DNA from: Massalongia carnosa
Lineage: Eukaryota
Reading direction: 5' to 3'
Assembly (NCBI GenBank): GCA_965645245.1
Contig: OZ287070.1
Location: 1,984,001-2,048,000, forward strand
DNA length: 64,000 bases
Shown here: positions 53,021 through 64,000 of the stretch, in pieces
How the letters are laid out: the number at the start of each line of letters is the position of its first letter
Position numbering within the stretch: the stretch's first letter is position 1
Program-made: the position numbers and the translations under genes
The notes under the pieces: model-generated
The model's database searches: none
The model's input: only the letters and a program-made list of their open reading frames with translations
What the model was told of the DNA's origin: nothing

Positions 53021-53721
53021 ATGAAGCTATGCATTAGAAAATATCAAAGATGCAGAAAGGAAACAAGCAAAAAGGTGCCCTCTTTAGGAGTCTATATAGA
53101 TAATCGCTTGGCCCGATCCAGCTGCTTGTGTCTCTATCAATAAGTGATCAGTTTGGTCAAACAATCTTTCTGCCCATTGTCCCTTTTATCTGTTGGAATA
53201 CTCGCTTAGCCCCATTAGTTCTAGCTCAGCCCTGCAGGCTGCCATGACTGCTATAAGCAGTCACCTCTGTAGTAATTTCAACATTATGCCGTCAACTGTT
53301 TATTTAACATTATCTATTTGTGTTTGCTTAGAAGGTCGTCCCGATGCGTCCCTTTCAGTCCTTTCAGACCTCCGTTGATTGCCCCTATGAAGTGACCGGC
53401 CACCTACGGTTTCCGTAGATGGAAATAAGGTTTACGTAGCGTCCCGGAACTTTCGGTCCCTATGTCCGTCCAATCCACCGCTAAAAGGGTTGAGTAACGG
53501 AAGCGGTTAGTGCGCCGGCAGATGCCGTACTTTCCTTTAAATGTCCAGAAATGCAAAGGTTTTAGAGATTTTTCAAAAAATAAGACTTGAATATTACTGC
53601 TTCAAAACTCTTATACAAACTGCTTGATGTTAAAAGAACAATTCTATAAAGCTCAATTTTACAATGTATAAATTTAGTGATTTAATTATCACAGTTCTTT
53701 GATGTGGAACTTCTTTTGACT

Positions 53722-54419
53722 TCACGTGACTTGCCTCAGTACCTCAGACGTGCCCGGCTAAGCCCCTTCGGGTTAGCCTTACAGAACGTTAAGCCCCTTC
53801 GGGTTAACAGGCTGACTACGCAGCACATCTGTAGCAAGTCTGAGCCCAAAACTCAAGATTACGGTCAGATATTGCTAAACGATCATGACAAGAACGATTT
53901 CGACCTTATAGAACAACGTCACAACTTCATTGTTTTCATGTTTGTAACGTCGTCGTCGCTTGATATGATCATGATCAATGTATTTTTGATTTTTTCGTTA
54001 TAAATTTCAATCTTTATTTATGTTTATAACGTGCAGAGCAATTTTACATACATCTTGTTATTTTCGTTAAGTCGATTCTTGATTTCTATGCGAAGTGCAA
54101 TCAGATTGCCCCACATGAACTTTACAACGAACAGGAATTTCAGGAAACTTTCTATACAAATTCTACTTGAATTCTTTCGAAGAAATAGCCCGTGTCAAGC
54201 AAAAAAGCAAGACGTCAAAATGTCGAAAAATCGCAATAATACACGATTTATTACGAATATCTGACCGTAATATTTAGTTTTGCGCTCAGACGTGCTATCG
54301 CAGCCACGTTAGTCAGCTGGGACGCTAATCCGAAGGAGCTTAGCGAAATAGGCTAACCCGGAGGGGCTTAGACGGCTCCTAGAGCCCACGCACGTCTGAG
54401 GTACTGAGGCAACACGTGA
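53722..54419. mobile_element. ~700-bp foldback/MITE with long imperfect TIRs
   Basis: TTGCCTCAGTACCTCAGACGTGC perfectly inverted at both ends, then shared blocks TAAGCCCC, GCTGACTA, GTCTGAGC, ATTACGGTCAGATATT over ~150 bp. Confidence 0.8.
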
Positions 54420-54625
54420 CGGGCTTTATTTAGGTGCATCGAGCCAGCTGCGTATCTATCCACTAAGCGGCAAAGAAGCTTAGCGTTATATGATCCGACC
54501 CTTTCAATGAGACAAGTCTGTAACCGTATTTGCACAAGGCTACATCCTCCTCGCACTGCTACTCTTCAGTTATACTCCATCTGACGACTATACTCCCACG
54601 TCAGGTGTTGAAATATGTTGCAAAG

Positions 54626-57600
54626 ATGACCTCTCGGCCGTCAGACGATGCAATCATGGGCCTTTACGTATGGCATTCCGAATTTGCGGGGCGGGAAGAC
54701 AGCAAGGCTACGACAGACGAGGCTATCGAGTAAACATATCAAGGCCTCCTGATTCTGACTTTAGTGCTGATCACTGGTCAGTATCATTGCCGTGCAACGG
54801 CTCGGCGCGAGTCCATACTTTACTTGGGTCAAGAAAGTATTGATAGAAGATCAAGAGGTTAAGCAAGTAATGTAGCTGAGAGATTTGCTTCCGAACTGTG
54901 TACCCAATGCACGGATTGCTACGTTTAGCTATTTGTCAGACTGGTACACCTATCGAAAGGGTGTCAAAACAAGTCTTCGAGAATTGGGAGAACAGCTGCT
55001 CAGCGCGTTACAGCATGATAGAAAAAAAATAAATGTTCGTCTTATTAAACATGCTCTGTGAATACATTTCAATCTCGCTTATTGTCTTTAGTCTACTCGT
55101 CGACCGATCGTTTTCATTGGTCATAGTATGGGTGGATTGGTGATCAAGCAGGCTTGTATTCACACAGTCAAAATATCATGTATCATAATTCTGACTTGGA
55201 GGCTAGGCACTGGTGCTCGCGAGTAATCGACCTAATTATGAGGATATCAAACGGTCAACTGCGGGTATCATATTTCTCGGGACACCTCATGGAGGGACTG
55301 AAATTGCAGGCTACGCAGCATTTATTGCCAAGCTGAAGAGGAATGATCCGTCTCTGGTGGAGTCCTTGAAGCCAAGCGATAAAGATCTGTATGAATTATC
55401 ACTTGACTTTGCAGTCGGATACAAGGATCTACGCATGATGTGTTTTTACGAGAAATTGCAGAATGAGTATATGGATGGGCGTGCAAGAATCGAGGTAGGT
55501 ATATTATCTGAGCGTCGAATTAGCTCACATGAGAAGTTAGATGGTGAAGCAGCGTTCAGCAATACAAGAGGGAAAGGACATGATGTATCTGTTTACCGAT
55601 CATTCAGGACTAAACAAGTTCTCTGGAAACGATGATCCCAATTTTCAAAATGTTCGTAAGGTAATTGAAGGAATGACCATGGATGCCTCCTCAACGGTTC
55701 GTCGAAATTATGACGCTACAAGCGATGACCCGCAAAGTCTCTGTTATCTGATATGACTGACTTCAAGCGTCAAGGATCGGTGAAGATACGATTCACAACG
55801 GTGATGCCGTTCGAACGAGATGAAGACTTTGTTGGACGTGAAGATATAATCAAAATGATTGATGAGAGCTTTCGAAATCGCGATTTACCCGTCGAGTAGC
55901 TCTAGTTGGCTTGGGTGGTATTGGGTATTTAAATAATTGACCTCGAATATTCTGCGATTCTCTAATCTCGAGTAGGAAGTCGCAAATCGCGATTGAGTAT
56001 GCATATCGACTGAGGCTGAGAACTCCTTCAGTTTCGCTGTTATGGGTGCACGCTAGTAATGCTGCTCGTTTTGAACAAAGTTATCGTGAGATTGCAATTA
56101 CAGCCAAGTTATCAGGAGCTGAGGATCCCAAAATCGATATATTAGGTTTAGTCTCCCGGTGGCTGGGGTCTGATGATAGCAGAGACTGGTTGATAATTCT
56201 CGATAATGCCGACGATACAAGCATTTTTTTTAATCCAAGTACCGCTCAGGTGCCTCGAGAAGGTGGAGAGATATCATCTTTGTCACGTTATCTGTCTTCA
56301 AACGCAAAGAGCTTGATCTTAATAACATCAAGAGATAAAAATACAGCAATTCGTCTTGCAGGCAATGATAATCGTGTCTTTAGAATTAGTGCAATGGGAG
56401 AAGAAGATACCAATATGTTACTTGCAAAGAAATTACCCAATGATCAATCCAATCAAAGAGATAAGAGCGAGTTGATTAAAGTTCTTGAATATATACCGCT
56501 TGCTATTACTCAAGCGTCCGCTTACATTGCTATCAAGGCTCCAAGAATGACAATCTCTGGTTATCTAGAACTTTTCCGCCATAATGAATCCAATCAAATA
56601 TCTCTCTTGAGTAAAGATGGTGGAGATCTACGAAGGGATCCCGACGTTCCTAATTCTGTTGTGACAACATGGCAGATTTCATTTGATCAGATCAAAGATC
56701 AGAATACAGCGGCAGCTGATCTTCTGTCTTGTATGTGCTTGCTTGATCGACAAGGCATTCCGGGATTTCTCTTTTATCAAAGCAACAGCGGGTCGTCGAT
56801 AGACTTCGAAGATTCGATTGGAACGCTGATTGAATTCTCACTTATAGTCGAGGAAAAAGAAAAGAAAAGTTTTGAGATGCATCGGCTTGTACAACTTGCG
56901 ACTAGAAAGTGGCTCGAAATGCTTGAGCAGATGGAAAAACAAAAGGAGGGGGTGCTCAATTTACTGGCAGACCAGTTTCCAAATGGAGAACATAGCAATT
57001 GGAAGATTTGTGAAGCTCTTGGACCACATGCAGAGATTATTCTGAAGTACAAGTACCTTTCTCAGCATTGCCGACTCCAACAAGCAGGGATTCTTCATAA
57101 TAGCGCGTGGTATGCTTTGGCTCAAGGCAAATATGCAATAGCAGAGATTAGGATTCAAGAAGCTATAAAGATTAAGAAAGAATTACTGGATATAGAAAAT
57201 AGAAACACACTTAACAGGCTTGGCTTACTAGCATCGACATTTTGGAATCAAGGACGATGGAAAGAGGCCGAAGAGCTGGAGGTGCAAGTGATGAGGACGA
57301 TGACGAGGGTGCTGGGAGAGGAGCATCCTTCCACGCTGACCAGCATGGCCAACCTGGCATCGACATACAGGAATCAAGGACGATGGAAAGAGGCCGAGGA
57401 GCTGGAGGTGCAAGTGATGATGACGAGCACGAGGGTGCTAGGATAGGAGCATCCAGACACGCTGATCAGCATGGCCAACCTGGCACACACCTATAAGCTT
57501 GAGGGCCGTCACGATGAAGCTATTGAATTAATGGAAAGTGTGGGTAATCTACGTACCCAAAAGATCGGGGCCAGCCATCCTCACACTCTTGGGGTTGTTA

Positions 57601-57653
57601 ATACTTTGAAAATCATGGTTACACAGTTGAAACGAGTTTCTGACAAGAGATGA
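54626..57653 (+). pseudogene. Fungal NLR-like gene: SesB-like alpha/beta hydrolase + NB-ARC + TPR; disrupted
   Basis: IIAV..LG..TW, M*LRDLLP..PNARI, PIVFIGHSMGGLVIKQA, GIIFLGTPHGG, DHSGLNKF; FVGRE, ALVGLGGIG/KSQIA, WLIILDNADD, ILITSRD, IPLAITQA, MHRLVQ; 42-aa TPRs. Lesions: TAG 54873, frameshift ~55890, TAG 57444. Confidence 0.9.
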
Positions 57654-60203
57654 CTTCGATTTATCCCTCCGGCAATAAATTATAAGCACAGCACTAAATA
57701 TAAGGCTGATAGGGGGCTCTATGTATGCATTAAGATGACCTGCATCGTAAAAGTAGAGTTGTACGACTATCATGTGTGGGTAAAGATCTTATTTCGAAAT
57801 ATAATGAATACACGTCATTTCTCTCCTTACTCGATGGAGTTCGATCCCACTTCTTTGGATGCACGGAAGCAACATGCCATTGCCCTTCTACCCCCACCTC
57901 ACCTCCTCCCTCCGCAAGAGAATGAGTTATTTTCGTCTTGGAAGGAGGCAAAGACTCGTCTTCAAGATTATGCCTTCACACAAGGCTTCGCGTTGGTCAC
58001 GAAAACTCACGATAAGAAAAACCATTTAATCGTATTAGACTGCACACGCCGCCAAAAAAGAGTTAGAAACGCTAGAAAAGTAGAGGAGGAAGACCGGATG
58101 CGAGCCAATACCAAAGTTTCGTTCAATGAGTGCCCTTATCGCCTCCGTCTCAAAAAAATACAAAGACAATGCATGAAGACTAATAGTTACTAACTTCGAG
58201 CACAATCATGAGATGGCCACTGATCCCTTTGCATTCAGAGAACATCATAGTAGGGACCCTGATCGAACAGATGCCCTAGATCAAGGGAAGAGTCTCCGTG
58301 CATCGTCAACCCAATATGGTCAAGCAGCGAGAATATTAGGAATCCAAGGACTCCGTCTGTCGAGGGGCGATTATTATAATCTCGCTCATTCGGAGGGAGC
58401 TCACACGCCTGAAGAAGAGCTTCTTTTTGCCTTGGGCTCGTTGAAAGACAGGGGCTTTCATGTACGGTGTAAGGAAAAATATATTGTTAAGAATAATGTG
58501 CGTGAGAGACGGGTGATAGAACAATTTTTTTTTTGCAATGCGGAGCAAATTAGGCTGGCTCGACGTTTCGTGGGTGGGTTTTTATTAGAAACGGATGCAT
58601 CGTTCAATACTAATAAATTGAACTTGCCTTTATCCGTTTTGGTTGGAATCACTAACACCGATCTTTCGTTTCCCGTCGCTTATTGCTATTAACTTCCGAA
58701 TCGGCCGAATGTTTCACTTTTATTTTCGAATATATGAAAGAGTTGATTTTTCATGATGATTGCCCCGGGCCTGGGGTGTTTCTCGGGGATTTTGCAGCTG
58801 GGTTGACTGTAGCCATGCAAAGAAAAGCTAAAGCTTCGGCAATTGATCTCGATGCTGCATTGACCATTGCAAGAGAGGTCGCCGAAAATCTAAATCAATC
58901 AACGATGAAAGCGGGCGAGGAGAGATGCGTTTTGCAGCTGTGCACGTGGCATGCGGCCGAGGTAATAAAAAAACGACTGATCAAGGCAGGAAAATATCCC
59001 CAAGAAGTGCGCAAAAAGCTGGAGACTCTAATTTGGGATTATATCAAATCCCCCACTATTGATGAGTTGGATGAGAGACGAAGAAAGTTGCTGAATGAAC
59101 TTCATCCCGCAGAAAAGGTTAGTAGTGATATATCAAATTAAATTTCAAGCGAGTTAGGGCTACTGCTAACGCTACCTCTTTCGCAAGATTATCTCATGAA
59201 TTTCTATCAACGTCAAGAAATTCAATTCGTGCATGCATATACTACTAAACTCCTTAATTTAGGCGCACACAGCGTTCAGAAGGTCTGCATTCATTGGTTA
59301 AAAATGTGATCAATAGAAACACTCCTGTAAGACAATCGGTGCAGAAAATATGTGATTAGGTGCAGAAAAAACAATTAGATCAGGAGATTTTGTGCAATCA
59401 ACAGCGAATACGCAATCCTAGATTGATAGATCGAAATGCTTTACGCTACTCATTGGGAAAATTACGCATCATGCCATTGGCCTCGTTTCAAGAGCACTCG
59501 ATGCCGCCAAATTATTAGCTGAACGAATCCTTTCAATTGTCCCTGATGATGAAAGCTGTGTTCATGATTGTGAATTGCCTTTAAGGTACGGTCTCCCACG
59601 CAAATGCTGATTGTATAAATGCATCATCGACTCGATCCCTATTCCCGTTTCCCTCCATCCACCCCCGCTGGTTTTTTGATGGCCCACCTTATGCGGTCTC
59701 TTGACAAATGACCTTCGATCTCGCTCACGGCTCGGAGCCCGAGGTCGAAAAGATCGTCGATGAGGTCGAAGGGACGAGAGAGATTGAGGCGAACAAGGAT
59801 GAGCTCGAGCTCGAAGAAGGCGTGTTGAGTGAGGATAGATTTCGCCGCGGGGGCCTTGATTTGCTACATTCTGTGGCATATCAATCTATTGACCTGCATC
59901 AATCAATAGAAGATTCTCATCGAAGGAAGGAGTACGCTCGCGAGCATGCTCACATCGTTGAAAAGTTCAATAAGAAATGGCAAAAGAAGGAGCTGATAAG
60001 ACCTCTCATCCCCATCACATTCCCCGACGAATTGAAGTCATCGCAATAGACAGATTTGTAGTGTTAAATACACTTAGTCAGTAACAGCAACATTATTAAT
60101 ACGTAGTGTAACTGCTAGCTTGTACGCACCCTGGATGAGTAGTAAAATGGCTGTTTACTAGTAAAGATTTACACAGAGGGGGACGGTCTGTCCTTAAGCA
60201 TCT
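57304..60203 (+). repeat. Right arm of large inverted duplication
   Basis: Mirror of 49027-52797; begins inside the NLR TPR repeats and ends ...CTTAAGCATCT. Confidence 0.95.
57834..60049 (+). mobile_element. MULE/Mutator-like transposase pseudogene, right copy (3' deleted)
   Basis: Same motifs as the left copy; shared frameshifts; extra TGA stops; ~750-bp deletion at ~60032. Confidence 0.88.
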
Positions 60204-62164
60204 TTTCTTAGGCGGAACCGAAGCGGCTTAGGCAACTAGCCGACGGAGCTTAAGGTCAAGGAGTATGCGCGCCTGTAAACTTCTAAACCTTAATGGCAGG
60301 CCACTGGCAACGTTAGATCACCCCGACGCAACAAGGGTTTCAACAAAGCCTTCTCCCTAATAGTATTGTATCACCGGCAGCAAATTGATATGCATATACA
60401 AAGCGGTTCCCGGACGTGGCAATCAATCAGGAAGAACCTATTAGCCGCATCAAAATCAAGCAGAGTCTCGTAATGAGTTCCGTGGTTTGGAGATCTTTCA
60501 AAGTTGATTGGTTTAGCAGAAGTGTGTCAGTCTTGTTGCCACTCGGCATCGGTCCTTATATATATCTACTGCATCCTGTCCGTTTCTCTGGTTTCTTGTA
60601 TGTACTTCGGAAACGAATCGTTTGTGTTCTTCCATTGCTATTTGTAGCAACGATATTTTTTGCTTTCCCTGCATTTTCCTTTTATCTAGCGAACGCGTTT
60701 ATAGGTGCGTTTGCATATTTTCTGAAAACTTATCCCGTCTTCGTTATATATTGTTCCTAGAAGCCGCAGTGGTCAAGACGACGCATATGTGCAGTCTCAT
60801 CGGCTATTGATGACAATAGAAAGAACTCAATACCAAAATCTACAATCTCGCAAACCGTAGTGCTTTGACGTCTTGAAGAAAGAAAGCGATGAGAGAAAAG
60901 ATAATGTCAGCAGATAAAAAACCAAAAAACAGAAATCGCTCTAGTCTAGATGAGAGAGAGGAAGGGAACATACATCTCGTGAGGGTCAAGATCTGCTGTG
61001 TATTGCTGGATTATCCAACGCAGATGTAACAACAATCTTCAGGGATATTCCGAGCGTTGAAGCCTCATTGAGTTTGATCTACAATTCTATTAAAAGTTCG
61101 TGCGGCAAGTGCAGATGTATACAAAGCTACAGGGTATGCTCCCAACATGCTATGCTTAACCGAGAATGTTAGGCAGGTTCTATTATGCATTAGCCTTAAG
61201 AAATAGCGAAGACTTCATCCGTTTTATTACTATTGGGACTTTGAGCAGTTAGCTGTACAACATATATAAATTATATACCAGGCCGAACGACAGAATTTTC
61301 TTCTCCATTTCATACTCTCTATTTATAATCTTCTTCGCTGTCGTGCTGATCGGTTTCTTGAGAGCCTCGTGTTTATTTTTTGTAGAGCGTTTTTCCATTC
61401 ATATTAAAACTTTGGACGTCCAATTTCAAGTTTTACGCCAATGGAGCCTCATAGTATCTCGTCTGATAGGTTATTCAGGCAGCAAGGGTTTCTATCCAAT
61501 GTATCAGCTGATCCAGCTCGTCTCCAATCTTATATGAGTAGACGAATGATGAAGTTGGTATTAGATTTAGATGACTATTAGAATGAAATGGCCTTGAACT
61601 ACACTTCTAAGGATCCTTATGTCAGGCAAAAATTATGCTATTCTGGAAGAGCTAACAGCATTAATTGATTGCTCAAAGGGCTAACGAAAAATCAGTATTT
61701 TAGAGATGCTACAGGCTCCAAACCCCTTTGAAATGATTTTTCTTTATCCTGAAAGGTATACATAATATCAATACTTATCGATTTTCAACCGACTAATCTT
61801 CAACAGGGTTATCCGACGTCGTTCGTGCAGTAAAAAAAGGCTCACATCAGCAAGCAATTTTACTAATCGTGCACTCGGAAGGACCACCGACATAACAGCT
61901 GCATATAGCACTAGAAGGCATATAATGATTTAGGAATCTGAAGCAGAATGGTTTTGCATTGTATATCAGTGCTTTGGTTCAAGCTATACTAATGACAGAT
62001 CTATGTACTTTTAACCTGCACATCCTTATGTAACCTACCTCTTCAGAAATACTGAAGGACTAAACCATTGTCTATTAAGCAAGTCTGGTTAGAGGAACCT
62101 CTTCTCATTGCGGGGCCACTTGGTCGGCATCTCTCAAAGCTTCCATGATCTATGCCTATCTGCA

Positions 62165-64000
62165 TTAAGAGAGCAATCCGATTTTGGGTAAGTAAAGTTC
62201 GCAATGATTGGCCGTTGAGTACCTTTAGTGCTGACTTCATAGATAGGATTGGTAAGTTTCAACAAATCTAAATCATTTGTGGTTAATGCCAACTGCTCGG
62301 CCTTTACTTACTAGGGGACCTGCTTTCGCTCCAGCAGGTACGAAGCTTTGAATTCCTACCTTACGGAACTGACAGGTTCTAGGAATCTAGCATTCCGCAT
62401 ATGTTGTGCAGCTATATTCTTTCTCTGATAATCTATCAGATGTCTATATCAGGAACTCCGATATCGATATCTCTCGAACCGGTCAACTGAACAATTTTCT
62501 CCTGACAAAAGTGCGCCCTGGCTAATCAATACAAGCCTAGAACTTCTAGGTGTGGCGCATCAAGGGGTTAGCTTTCAATGTAAGATTTTTAGTTCTTTCT
62601 CGAATAGAAAAGTCTCCACAGGTTTTCTCACCAACATCACGTGTATTGCTGATAGTATTACTGGTAACGCTTTCCTGGACGCATCAATGTATGATATATG
62701 GTGGCCACGAGGACTTGGCTCGCAAAATCTCTATAACATCACAATAAGCATCATTGACAACAGTGGCAAGGCATTAGCCTCAATCAATAAATAGGTTGGT
62801 TTTCAGACTACAACAAGTTGATGTACTCTATTGATAATTTGCGGCTTTCTAAAAAATTGCAGGCTCTCAACATCATTGATGATCAAATAGTAAAAGGGAT
62901 CGCGCCAGGAAACAACTGGTAAGGGCTAATAACTCGCTACAATGGCTGGGCTGGCCTAAATAGAAACCAAGCATTTTGAAATTAACGGACATCAGTTTTA
63001 TGCAAAGGGATCAAATTTTATCCCGCCTGATGCTTTCTGGCTACTGAGAAGAAAATGTGACAGTTGTTCCATTCGGTCACTGCAGGCAATCAGAACATGC
63101 TACGAACCTGGGCCAGTGGTGCTTATACCCCGGACTTCATTTATGATATTGCTATGAAGAGAGGGTGTTAATGTGGTCAGAATTCGAGTTTGGTGACGCG
63201 CTTTATCCGGTCAATCCAGAATTCATCGATAACGTTAGAGAACAGGCAACATATAACGTGCGCAGCGTAAATCATCATCCATCGTTGGTGCTTTGGGCAG
63301 ATGGTATGTTGAAATTTTACACTTCTCCCTAGGTTTCTAGATATGATCTATGATCTATGATTATATTTTCTTCACTTCTTTAGCTGCATCAGCTCCTGTT
63401 ATTTCTTTTGTTTCATGTCTTCATTTTGTGTAAAAGGCTTAGGTATATCAAATTCCAAAATTAAATTTACTAGCCATCCACAGGTAATGAGCTTGGATCA
63501 CTTGAACTGTTACTCGTGAACTCTTCGGCCCCTGACGAGTACGAGCGGTACAAGACAGAGTATGAGCAGCTTTTTCTAAACACCCTTCTCCCTGTGGTAT
63601 ACTCAAACTGTAGGAGCATTAGCTATATTCCCAGCAGCACTACCCATGGCTATCTGACACTTAATTTCTCTCTTCCTCAGCCTATGATTGAGCGGCATAA
63701 CAACAAAATGCCTGGCGCGCTTTATGGTGATACTGGTAAGTAGCAGAAAATTTGCTGACTCCTTTACCTAAAACCTCCACACCAAGTGTTTACTACAATC
63801 TCAACAGGAACCTTGAAAGAATTGAGAGTAGCCTGGCTTCTCGAGCATATTACTACAATTATGACTCTTCATAGGCATTCAACTACTCCTCTTACCCTGT
63901 AGGCCGTTTTGCAAACGATTTTGGCTTCCATTCAATCCCTTCTTTACAAAATATGGCAACAAGCTGTTTCGCCATCTGACTTGCGCTTCAATTCTACCAC
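62165..64000 (+). pseudogene. GH2 beta-mannosidase (MndA-like) pseudogene, runs off the window
   Basis: [91 protein letters not shown]; multiple stops and frameshifts; 5' limit unclear. Confidence 0.85.

Noticed and set aside
57240..57490. CRISPR-like or DGR-like repeat system
   Set aside because: Repeats are contiguous 126-bp coding TPR units without spacers; differences are not adenine-specific; the only RT in the window is an ordinary truncated LINE
49027..60203. Autonomous composite transposon or Starship carrying an NLR
   Set aside because: No TSD at the outer ends, both transposases share inactivating lesions, and no tyrosine-recombinase captain was recognised
49027..60203. Fold-back read artefact
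   Set aside because: The arms differ by many substitutions, a TPR unit and a ~750-bp indel, unlike a chimeric read; read support is still needed to exclude misassembly

Overview
Intron-rich filamentous ascomycete (Pezizomycotina) chromosome window. The first ~37 kb is a dense housekeeping block: ALG12, dynamitin, COQ6, a Ca2+/calmodulin kinase, a UBE2W-like E2, VPS33, HTS1, a TDP2-like EEP enzyme, TEL2, UBA3, RPC40 and complex I 49-kDa subunit. It is interrupted at 8-10.8 kb by a dead pogo/Fot1 transposon carrying a nested solo LTR. The remaining ~27 kb is accessory: a young 5'-truncated LINE, a secreted GH128 apparently lacking its catalytic nucleophile, several MITEs and a decayed GH2 beta-mannosidase. 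The most striking structure is an ~11.2 kb locus (49027-60203) in which a fungal NLR-type gene (alpha/beta-hydrolase + NB-ARC + TPR) sits between two multi-kb inverted arms. Each arm consists of the NLR's own TPR-coding 3' end plus a dead MULE transposase, so a variant, inverted spare TPR cassette faces the gene. A candidate box H/ACA snoRNA lies in a long VPS33 intron. All calls come from reading the sequence and recalling family motifs; no searches were run, and exon boundaries are manual.
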